Part shown: positions 24,830-35,805 of the stretch, piece by piece
Layout of the letters: every line of letters starts with the position of its first letter
Numbering within the stretch: position 1 is the first letter of the stretch
Origin: Mytilus trossulus
Taxonomy: Eukaryota
NCBI RefSeq assembly: GCF_036588685.1
Contig: NC_086382.1
Coordinates: 5,642,001 to 5,706,000 of the forward strand
Reading direction: 5' to 3'
Length of the DNA: 64,000 nt
Translations under genes and position numbers: made by a program
Notes under the pieces: generated by a model
Told to the model about the DNA's origin: nothing
Database searches by the model: none
The model's input: the letters and a program-made list of their open reading frames with translations, nothing else

Positions 24830-25380
24830 AATTGATATCTTTCGATCTATCTATCTGCTGTACAGACGAAGTGTACGATTGTGTACAGATGTTACATGTT
24901 GAAACTGTGCTTGTTTAAAGTCGGGAAGCTCGTTAGTGGTTGTATTAAACTATCGTTTTTGGGAGAAATTAATGCTGGTGACAGACCTTTGCTTGTTCAA
25001 TATTTAGTATGGACTAGGAACGAATAAGAGCTTTGTTATTGTACTGACACCTTTTTTTTTAGGACTATATGTTTTGAGATTATTTTTGTTTCTCGTTTGG
25101 TTGCTGTCTCATTAAAGTGTATACCATCCACATCACCAATCCATTCATTATACACCTAAACTTAATGTCATTGTTTTGAATTGATTTCTGATATTTTATT
25201 TTATTACACAATACAAATATTATTAACTCATGTATTAGTATATTAGTTGCAGTTCATTTAATTTTATGCAAGGCTAAAAACCCGTACAAAGGCATGTTTA
25301 ATAAAAATTTTGGTAGTTAAGATGTTTAGACAAACAGTACAGGTCAAGAGAAATCGCCAAAGTCGTCTTTTATAGAGTCA
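24830..25380. repeat. Third, older paralogue of the inter-TRIM block with a reduced RING relic (~25285-25380, minus strand)
   Basis: tatctgc.gtacagacgaagtg, gaacgaataagagctttgttattgtac and aatacaaatat..taactcatgtattag are shared with 13570-14500 and 31620-32220; gacaaacagtac.gtcaa matches the RING relic. Confidence 0.7.
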
Positions 25381-25879
25381 TCATTTATGGTCTATCTTTG
25401 GTAAAGTATATTCAGACTTTTTATAGAGTCATCTTTTATTGAGTCATCCTTGGTAAAGAAAATACAATGCATAGTAGAGCGAAAATGACAAGGACCCTTT
25501 TCATAAATTTTCTAAGACGTTTCTTAGCTTTTGTACTTTCAAAATCAAATACTTTGGTAGATAACTAGAATTGTTGAAGAAAATGTTTTAGACTTTTCAC
25601 TAAGGAGAGACAAGTACGCTTGATAGAAATGTTTTGTTTTAGAGGAAAATATATCACAAAAAAGCTTTAAGAAAAAGGGTACAAGGTACCAAGCTAGGTG
25701 TACTTGTAACTATAGTAGTTACTGATAGCTAGTTCAAACTCTGATTTCAACTTATATATAAATCATGTTTCCTCGACTTCAAAGGGGTATCACTCGGAAC
25801 TATTTGTTAAAAAGCGTCAAATTATTAAAAAGAAGATCAATGTTAGAAGGATAAATACAATTTTAGTTTCTTTATTATT

Positions 25880-27038
25880 ATGAGGCTGACTTCATACAGG
25901 AACTTCTTAGGAAGACAGATAGGAAGTTAGCAATATCCTTTATCTCTACTTTCCGCTATATAGATGATGTTCGTTCACTAAATAATTCAAAATTTGGTGA
26001 CTATGTCGAACGCATCTATCCCATTGAACTAGAGATAAAGAATACAACAGATACTGTTAAGACGGCCTCATATCTTGACAACCCCGCCACATTATTTATG
26101 CATGTGCCTGTCCCAAGTCAGGAGCCTGTAATTCAGTAGTTGGCGTTTGTTTATGTGTTACATATTTGTTTTTCTTTAAAAAAAAATTATATATATAAGG
26201 CCGTTAGTTTTCTCGTTTGAATTGTTTTACATTGTCTTATCTTAACCTGTTATAGCTGACTATGCGGTATGGGCTTTGCTCATAGTTGAAGGCCGTACGG
26301 TGACCAATAGTTGTTAATATCTGTGTCATTTTGGTCTCTTGTGGACAGTTGTCTCATTGACATTCATACCACATCTTCCTTTTTATATTACATCTAGAAA
26401 TTGATCATAAAGGTCGATTGAAAACAAAACTTTACAACAAAAGAGATGACTTCAGCTTTCCAATTGTGAACTTTCCATTTCTAAGTAGCAGCATTCCAGC
26501 AGCACCTGCATACGGTGTATATATATCCCAATTGATACGATATTTCCGTGCTTGCATTTCCTATCATGATTTTCTTGATAGAGGGTTGTTGCTCACAAGG
26601 AAGCTATTAAATCAAGAGTTCCAAATGGTGCAGTTGAAATCATCTCTTCGTAAATTTTACGGACGCCATCACGAGTTGGTTGACCGTTATGGAATAACCG
26701 TTTCACGAATGATATCGGATATGTTCCTTATGTTTTAACTACAATCCCCTTCCCTTTTATAAATGTGACCTACCGAATTAGACTATTTACCGGATTTTAT
26801 ATCTTATAAGCAACACGACGGGTGCCACATGTGGAGCAGGATCTGCTTATCCTTCCGGAGCACCTGAGATCCCCCTAGTTTTTTGGTGGGGTTCGTGTTG
26901 TTTATTCTTTAGTTTTCTATGTTGTGTCGTGTGTACTATTGTTTGTCTATTCGTCCTTTTCATTTTTAGCCATGGCGTTGTCAGTTTATTTTCGATTTAT
27001 GAGTTCGACTGTCCCTCTGGTATATTTCGTCCCTCTTT
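25880..27038 (+). mobile_element. 5'-truncated Penelope-like retroelement (RT C-terminal half + 3' UTR) interrupted by a family B insertion
   Basis: YEADFIQELLRK..FRYIDDV..IYPIELEIK..ASYLD|LHLEID..KTKLYNKRDDFSFPIVNFPFLSSSIPAAPAYGVYISQLIRY; the ORF stops after the RT with no C-terminal GIY-YIG visible. Confidence 0.8.
26080..26387 (+). mobile_element. Family B short element inserted into the RT frame, no TSD
   Basis: Splits tatcttgac|ttacatcta (YLD|LHL) cleanly. Confidence 0.8.
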
Positions 27039-27442
27039 AATAGATTGTGGAATAGATAACCTGAAAAAATAAGTGTATCTAAAGAATCAACTACATAGTA
27101 CTTCACCAGATAGTTCATTAACTCTTTAGACTCTAGATAAGTGAGAGTTTGGCAAAGTTAAAGTCTATAATATATCTGTTGGACGTTTTTTGTCGCAGGA
27201 TTTTGATCTAATTAATGTATACCCATCACCAACATTTCATTCATACATATTGATGTTGATTGAGAGCGTTTGCGTTTGTTAGTATTTGTGGTTTTCCTTT
27301 TGTTGAATTTGCCTTGGATCTCGATATTTTAGTTTTACTTTTTCATAGTAATTAAACGACAGTAATATTAAACAGTTGCTATTATTTTATTGATTCACTA
27401 CGCAGAATTTTGAATACCATATAACAGTTCATCAGTAACAGT

Positions 27443-29386
27443 TTAATCAATTTCACATACTAGCACTGGACCTGCCGATTCATGAAACGTTAGAAGAAAC
27501 TGGTTAGTTTTTCGTTTGAAGCGCATTACCCAAGGATTTGTTACTGTATTGTCGATATCTGATACAGGAATGATACGGATAAGTTCACCAGTAGGGGTCA
27601 GCTGATGGATGTTGTTTGAGCAGTATCCTACAACGTATATATTCCCTTCTCCGTCAATTTCCTGATTGAATGAATTTGATAAATTACTATGGTTATACTG
27701 AAAGTTTTTTCTGGGAGCTGATTCAAATTTTACAGTGAGTTGACCATCCCAATACATGTATTCACTTTTCCGGTAACAAGTGACGAAACGTATGCTAGAG
27801 CCTGTGCCTATTGGGAATTCTTTTATGATAGCACCCGTTTGAGCGTTCAACCAATAAATATAATTATTGTTAACAATCATGTACTCATCGTCTACACAAC
27901 ATAATCCCCACATTTGAACACTTGTATTTAATGTCCTTACCAGAGTTAATGGCTTATAACGTTAATTACAAAAATCTTCTTTGCATTAGACGACACGGCT
28001 ACTGTCTGATCATTCACCTTAGTGATATCAGTCGGTAAGTTCGGAAGGATCAATGCTCCTATTTGTTTGCCGGTTTTGTCGTGATACACGATCCTTGTAT
28101 TACTATTGTCGGTTATAATGATATCGTCGTTAAAGAATATACCACTGATATAATTGCCTCTAATGTCGATTGTAAACATAACTTTGATCTTTCCAGTTAG
28201 AAAATTTACAGTCTTTAATCCGGGAAGAGACGGTCTTTTTTCAGTAGAATGTAAGCGACCGAAGCGAACAGTATTTGAAATAATATTTGTAGCTTCGAAC
28301 TTTACCGATATGTCCTTAATTCCCTGTATAACTTTAGTCAAATCATCTTCGTACTGTGGAATTTTCCTGTAAATCTCCTCCATTTTGACCAAGCATTGTA
28401 TTTCAGAACCCTGGGATAAGCAAGCCTCAAACATAGTCTTCCAGTGATCAAATGTACTCTTCAGGCCTGACAGTTCAGTAGACTCTTCACTAAGTCTGAG
28501 TATATTGACTTTTCTAGCACTGATTACTTCTTCTCTTATTTCGTTTTCTAGTTGATCCAATTTTTCATTTAACGTTTTGCGCGCGTTTGCAATTTCGACT
28601 AAGATACCATCTATTTCGTTTTCGAAATTTGTTGTGTTTTGATTTCGGTTTTGAATAATTTCTTCTAGTTTGTGACTTGTTTCTTTTAACTTCTTCGTCA
28701 GTTCCTGTGCTTTTGTAGATTCTTTTACTCCGGATACGGCTTTATCTATGGTAATAACTTGTTCACATTTTCTGTGGTGTACAGTAGCACAAATGGTACA
28801 ACATGGATGGGAATGATCCTTGCAGTATATTTCGATTAACTTGTCTGGGTGTTCGTCGCAAGCGACAGACGCACAAATATTTGAAATGGACGTATCTTCA
28901 TTTATATCTTTGATCGGTACTATCTTGTGATTTAGTGTCACTTTGAATGTTTTGTGATTGGCTTCACAGGTATCGCAGTATGCCTCCTCACAAACCGTAC
29001 ACCATGCCATTGCCTTTTGAGAAATATTTTTACGGATACAAGCGTCGCAAAGTTTCTCTGCTTTCTTCAATGATCTTCTATCAATCATGGAAACGACAAA
29101 ATGATTTCCCGGCAAATTTCTAGCCCACCTTTCAGGTTTCTCCACGTTGTCTCCAATAGGAACACGGCGACGACATACTGGGCATTTGAATTCATTTAAT
29201 TTTTGTGTGTACATCCTTCACGGTTGAAACAATATAGGTATTTATACATGTTTCGCAGAAGGTGTGTAAGCACGGTAAATATTTTGGCTGTTTAAATGTT
29301 TCAAGACAAATAGAACAAGTCAATAAATCAGCAAAATCTTCTTTTACAGGATCAACTTCTTCGTTTACTTTTACCGGAGACGCCAT
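27443..29386 (-). pseudogene. TRIM copy 4, frameshifted pseudogene (closest to copy 3)
   Basis: Three ORF pieces; relative to copy 3 it has a 7-bp insertion (aattttt, ~29198-29204) and a 2-bp insertion (ta, ~27957). Confidence 0.85.
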
Positions 29387-29699
29387 TTTGTTCTTATCAA
29401 TAAACTTCCTTGTTACCTTACCAATAAGTATCTAAATATAGATAGACAGAATGTCTAACATTGATAACAAGTTCATATATATTTATGTTAACTGTAATAC
29501 ATAAATGTACGCCTCAAAATTACAATTATTATTTCAAAACGCTTAAATAAAAGACGACTGACAGTTTATAAAAAGACGATTTTTTAACGACTTTGATGCA
29601 CCAACTTAACAAACGACTATACCATATATCATTCGAAAGCTTAAAATTAATTGTACTGTCAGTGTTGCCAGGTCGCCAATAATTCGTACGGTGCAGTAA

Positions 29700-30362
29700 T
29701 TGTCGAGTCTGCGATTTTTTTTCTCGCGCAAAAGAGAGACATAGCGATCCTACTATTTCGTCATCGGCGGCGGCGGCAGAGTCCACAAATATTCACTCTG
29801 TGGCTAAACCATTTGAAATTTTAATAACTTTCTTAAACTATTCTGGATTTCTATCAAACTTGGACAGATCATTGTTTATGATCATAATATAGTATCTAGA
29901 AGTAAATTTTGTAAAGAAAAACGTATCCTGTTAATCCGTATTTTACTTATAATTGGACTTAATTTTTTTTCTACCTGTAAATATAACATTCACTCGGTGG
30001 TTAAAGTTTTTAAAATTTTGAATAAATTTCTTAACTTTCCTGGATTTGTACCAAAGTTGGACAGAAGCTAGGTTATGTTCAAAAGCTAGTATCTGTGAAG
30101 GAAATTTTGTAAAACATTATTTCACGCTTTTTTCCTATATTACTTGTAATTGGAATTTACAATAAAGTCTGCAGTTAATGATTTCAAAACATTTATTAGA
30201 CTCATAAGCCATCCTGTATTTTTATCAAACTTGGAAAGAAGCTTCTTACAATCAGAGATAGTAGATCTAGAGGAAATTTTTATTGTATCTTTTTCTCATT
30301 TTTGTTGAGCCTGCGACTAACACAAAAAGTAGTCAAGACACTGGGTTCCTCGGAACTCATTC
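29700..30362 (+). mobile_element. Helentron-associated non-autonomous element (HINE/DINE-1-like) with internal tandem repeats
   Basis: (GGC)n microsatellite near the 5' end; three diverged ~190-bp internal repeats (..aaacttggacaga..tagtatct..aaattttgtaaa); gag(t/c)ctgcga repeated near both ends; 3' hairpin gggttcctcggaactc. Confidence 0.6.
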
Positions 30363-30884
30363 AATTTATTGTTAAATCAAGGTCAAATCTCAAAATTGAG
30401 CATTCCTAAATTTTGCTAGAATAAATCAAAATGTTCTTTTCTGGTACTTGGATGATCATCGGAACCGTATAAAACAACATACCCTAATTACAAAACGAAT
30501 GCAAACTAAAATGTTGATTGTGCATAATTTACAGAAAATTGCATTTCAAAAAAGAAACGTCTTAAAATGATAAAACTGCAATAAAAGATTAATGTTTGAG
30601 GTTTGACTATTTATATGTCAAAAATAGAATAGATTTATCGTTTATAGACGAAGGATTATTTTCATCATTTTAAACTGCAATTAATATAATATACGTCAGT
30701 ATGAAGCTTTAACTGTTGCCCTCAAACCACCATCTTCAAAAAAGGATTAGTTTTCTGGCTAGATACTATTGTCAATGTCGGCAAACAATTATCAAATTTA
30801 TCTAAATAAGAGTAATGTAAGAACTTTAAGGAGCAAACAAAGGTATATAAAATTTTCGAAGGGATGATTTTATCTTCACCATTT

Positions 30885-30972
30885 TGATATCTTGGTTTAA
30901 TTGCTTCCTCTATCAAGGAAATCATAATGATCAGAAAAACAAGCCCGGGAATATCGTTCGATTGAGAGATAT
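30885..30972 (-). mobile_element. Small Penelope-like RT remnant
   Basis: cttggtttaattgctt..ctctatcaaggaaatc..caagccc..gagatata matches 11338-11433. Confidence 0.55.
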
Positions 30973-31185
30973 ATATTGTAAACCAACTTATTTGCGCGAG
31001 CGAGTTATTTTCGTGACTTTCGCGAGGAGAAAAATAAGGCGAATATTAATCGTCGTGAATAATTAAAACTGGGATCGTCTCGTATTTAAAATTTTCAAGT
31101 AAGTATGAAAATAGTGAAAATAAATCGACACGAAGTGGCCTAGAAAGGACTTAACGCGAAATAAAGTATTCGCGAAAACATAAGC
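30973..31185. mobile_element. Degenerate, 3'-truncated MITE rich in cgcga motifs
   Basis: Starts tattgtaaaccaacttatt; interior tcgcga/cgcgaa inverted motifs; ends ...cgcgaaaacataag, cut inside the expected right TIR at the duplication boundary. Confidence 0.5.
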
Positions 31186-32230
31186 ATGTGTCAAGGTTTG
31201 CCTATGTGTGTATTGAACATAAGTAATGATTAAAGTGTTTTATAAAAAAAGATGAGTATGTGTTCTGTATATATATTTTGTTTATCTTAATAACAACAAA
31301 CCGCCTGATATTCGTACACGAATACGAACCATATGAATGTCTCACATGTCCAACTGAAAATCATACCACATCTTCTTGTGTGTATATGTCAAAAGAACAT
31401 TTGTTTAATACCATAATTTTGAAATATAAAGTTATATCTGTTTTAATTTAATTTTAACGGAATATATTAACTTTGCTTAGTTTCAACTTGTGAAGTATCC
31501 AATGTATATATTTAATGCACCTTTTTCTTTTTATTACTTGTACCGTTAAAGATCGTTACATAACATAACAAAAATCTTTTTGTATTGCTATTAAAATGTA
31601 CAATGAATTCCATAAGGCTTATTGATATATATCTCTCTATCTATATATCTGCGGTACAGACGAAGTGAATGCTTGCTACATGTTTATACTCTGTTTGTCC
31701 AAAGTCTCTTTGGTGGTTGTTATGTTTTATTTTTGTTCTGAAGAAATTAGTGCTGGTGACAGATCTTTTGTTGTTACTTTGTTTCTGCTAAATTTATTAT
31801 AGACTAAGAACGAATAAAAGCTTTGTTATTGTATAGATACCTATTTTCGAAGACTATATGTTTTTGGGATTGTTTTTGTCTCTCGTTTGGTTGCTGTATC
31901 GTTGAAGTGTATACCGTCTACATCACTTCTCCATGTTTAATACACCTTAACTCAATGTCACTGTTTTGAATCGATTTCAGTTAAGTATGGCGTTCATTAT
32001 CACTGAAAAAGTATATATATTTGTTTAGGGGACAGCTGAAGGACGCCTCCGGGTGCGGGAATTTCTCGCTGCATTGAAGACCTGTTGGTGACCTTCTGCT
32101 GTTGTCTTCTCTATGGTCGAGTTGTTGCCTCTTTGACACATTCCCCATTTCAATTTTCAATTTTATTCTAATATTTTATTTCATTACAATACAAATATCA
32201 ATAACTCATGTATTAGTTTATAAGTTGCAG

Positions 32231-32553
32231 CTCATTAAATTCCATATACGTATACTGGAACATTCAAACAATGACATATTAAAGAAAACGATTAGTATTT
32301 CGTTTAAAGCATATCAACCAATGACCTCCAGTAATTGAATTGTCGATATCTGGTTAAGGAATGATACGGGTAAGTCCCTAAACACAATCACTTTTGAAAC
32401 AATATCAGTACTTATGCAAGTCTTACAAAATGTGTAAAGGCACGTTAAACATTTTGAATGTAATAATGTTCAGACAAACAGTACACGTCAACCAATTCTC
32501 AAAGTCTTCTTTTAAAGATTCAACTTATTCCTTCACGTTAAACGAAGTGGCCT
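32231..32553 (-). pseudogene. Internally collapsed TRIM relic, duplicate of 14514-14838
   Basis: Same deletion junction (gatacgggtaagt....aaacacaatcacttttgaaac). Confidence 0.75.
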
Positions 32554-32740
32554 TTTATCATTGTTACTGACATTACTAGATAACAGATCGATACATTAAA
32601 CAAATGTCAGTATATAGTATCTATGTAATAATGCTTTATTGAACCAATAAAAGACAAAAGTTACAGAGACGTTTTCAAAAATCATTATTGGAAAGAAAAA
32701 TGCAGTATTTTAAAAACCATATAGTTATGATAGTTGCAGT

Positions 32741-34686
32741 TTATTCAATTTCACATACTAGCACTGGACCTGCCGATGCATGAAATGTTAAAAGAAATCG
32801 GTTAGTATTTCGCTTGAAGCGCATCACCCAAGGACATCCAGTTATTGTGCTGTCGATATCTGATACTGGTATAATACGGATAAGTTGTCCAGAAGGGGTC
32901 AGCTGATGAATGTTGTTTGAGGAGTATCCTACAAATTATATATTCCCTTCTTCATCAATTTCCTGATTGTACGGATCTAATAAATTACTGTGTTTATACT
33001 CAAAACCTTTACCCAACGCTGATTCAAATTTGATAGAGTGGTCTACATTTCTATAAATATACTCATTTTTCCTGTAACAAGTGACAAATCGTGTGTCTGC
33101 ACTTGTTGGTAATTCTTTTATTTTAGCACCTGTTGCAGCGGTTAACCATGAAACAGAATTATCGTAAGTAGTTATGAATTCATCTTCTACCAAACATAAT
33201 CCCCACACAGGAGCATTAATATCTAAAGTCTTTACCAAAGTTAACGGTTTTACGTTAATAATACAAATCTTCCGTGCATAAGAAGACACGGCTACAGTCC
33301 GATCATTCACTTTACAGATATCTGTAGGATCGGTCGGAATGTCCAATACTTCTTTTAGCTTCCCGGTTGTGTCATGACAAACTATCCTGTTTCTATTATA
33401 GTCGGTTATAATAATATCGTCGTTAAAGAATACACCACTGATACAACTACCTTTAATGTCAATTGTAAATATTACTTTTATCTTTCCAGTATGAAAGTTT
33501 ATAGCCTTAAATCCAGGCAGAGACGGTCTCCTTTCGTTTAAATGTAGGCGGCCGAAGCACTCAATATTTGAATCATTGATTGTAGATTCGAACTCTACCG
33601 ATAAGTCCTTTATTTCTTTTACAACTTTAAACAAATCATTTTCAAACTGTGACATTCTCCTGGAATTCTCCTGGAAATCTCCTCCATTTTGACCAAGCAT
33701 TGTATATCAGACCCTTGTGACAAACAAGCCTCAAACATATTCTTCCAATAATCAAAAGTATTCTTCAAAATCGATAGTTCAGTAGTCTCTTCACTTAGTC
33801 TGTGAAGATGTTGTTCTCTTGTACTATTTACCTCTTCTCTTATTTCATTTTCCAATTTATCCATTTTGTCATTTAATCCTTAACGTATGTTTGCAATATC
33901 TACCAAGACGATATCTATTTCATTTTTGAAATTTGTTGTGTTCTGATTTCGGTTGTTGATAATATCTTCTATTGTTTCACTTCTTTTTATTAACTTCTTG
34001 GTAAGTTCCTGCGCATGTGTAGATAGCTTAACTCCGGAAACAGCTTCATCTATGGTAACCACGTGTTCACATTTCCTGTGCTGAATAGTAGCACAAACGG
34101 TACAGCATGACTGGGAGTGATCCTTGCAGTATATTTCGATTGTCTTGTCTGGATGTTCATCACAAGCAACAAACGCACAGACATTTAAACAAGACACATC
34201 TTCAATTATGTTTTCAATCGGTACTATCTTATGATTTCGAGACACTTTAAAAGTTTGATGATTTGTTTCACACGTATCGCAATATGCTTCTTCACACCCC
34301 ATACACCATGATGTTGCTTCTCCTGAAACCCCTTTACTGGTACAAGCATCGCAAAATTTCTCAGATTTCCTTATTGCTTTTCTATCGATCATCGAAACGA
34401 CAAAATGATTTCCATGCAAAATTTTAGCCCATGTCTCAGGATTCTCAGTACTGTCTCCAATATGTACAAGGCGATGACATATTGGGCATTTGAATCCCTC
34501 TTGGTTTTCTTCCTTCACGGTAGAAACAATATACGTACTCATACATCTCTCACAAAACGTGTTTAGGCACGATAAATACTTCGGCTGTTTAAATGTTTCT
34601 ACACAAATAGTACACGTTAATAAATCGGAAAAACCTTCATTGATAGGTGTAATTTCTTCCTCTAACAAATTAATCGAAGTTGCCAT
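32741..34686 (-). pseudogene. TRIM copy 5, pseudogene duplicate of copy 2
   Basis: Nonsense AAA->TAA at 33880-33882; 11-bp tandem duplication attctcctgga (33654-33675) causing a frameshift; nonsense TAC->TAA at 32936-32938; RING His replaced (CLHTFC->CLNTFC). Confidence 0.9.
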
Positions 34687-35187
34687 TTGTCTCCTGATAA
34701 AAGTGCCTAGTTCAAATACAGACTATATATAACTGTAATACAATGTATATATATTATAATGTTATGTGTACCGATTAGGATAGTATGTCGTCTACACATT
34801 CATAATTAATTCGTGAATATGTATGCTTGCTGTAACGGTCTGTCTATATTCATTAAAAAGTCACTAGGGGGAATGTTCTGTAGAGAGATAGACGTACTTC
34901 TTGTTACAGTATTAATTAAAACACGATCCTCAAATTACATTTCTAAAACACACCACATTTTAACATAATTTTCGTACAATTGTTTGACAGTGTTTAACAC
35001 TTTTTTCTTCTTTTATATGCTTTCTCTTAGGAGAATCACTTTTTTGTGTGGCTCTAAATGATATTTGTAATATTTATAAATAGAAAACTAAGGTAAAAGA
35101 CAAAACAAATTGTACTAACACCGTTAACTAAGATTAAAAATCAGAAAAACTGACAAGCTTACTTCATCAAATATAAAAGTATACCCT

Positions 35188-35805
35188 CGCCATCTTGGAT
35201 TGCAAAATCCCATTACAAATTCGGTCTATTGTTTTGCCTAAATCTGCAAATCTGGAATCAGATTTGCAACTTATTGGTTAAACTGTTTATTTATATAGAA
35301 ATCTTGTTGATTTATTGTATAATTCTTATTTTTTTTTTAAATATAAAATTTTGTGTTCTTAGAATCATTTTTTTTCAAATAATACATTTAGGGGAGGTTA
35401 CTCTTTTAGGAAAAAAATATACACTGAAATGATAGGGAAATTTTTTATTTTTACTTCTAGCAAGAAAATAAGTTAGGTGACACAATTTTTTATTTTGATT
35501 TTCTTTTAACATATTATAAAACCGATCATCTCATAATGTATTTCAAAATTCTATTTAATAGAGTCTCAAATGCACACAAATGTTGGGTTTTTTCATGAAC
35601 GATCTTACCAATTTTAGGCAATTTTCAACGACTCGTACCTTGGAAAAGAGAGACGAAAGATACCAAAGGTCAATTAGAAAATAGCACGGGGACGTATACT
35701 TTTTATTATTTATTTTTTTAGAAAAAAGCATAGTAATATCTTTATTTTGGCGAAGAATAAGAAATTTCTATCTCAAGAAAAATATATAACTATGATCTAC
35801 CTTAA
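35188..35805. mobile_element. Probable truncated non-autonomous DNA transposon ending ..gatctacc|TTAA (Kolobok-like)
   Basis: Starts where homology to duplication copy A stops; ends tatgatctacc-ttaa; carries a ~25-bp reversed PLE-tail fragment (aagagagacgaaagataccaaagg, ~35646-35669). The left TIR is not visible. Confidence 0.35.

Larger units (their letters stand above)
31186..35188. repeat. Segmental duplication, copy B (partner of 13154-17460)
   Basis: Collinear with copy A apart from two copy-A-specific insertions. Confidence 0.9.

Noticed and set aside
27443-29386. Compensating frameshifts (+7 and +2 = +9) restoring TRIM copy 4
   Set aside because: A stop follows the first insertion immediately (29192) and the shifts are ~1.2 kb apart; homopolymer-type sequencing error is also unlikely for these indels.
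8303-34732. Plus-strand short ORFs antisense to the TRIM genes
   Set aside because: Shadow ORFs of the minus-strand coding sequences.
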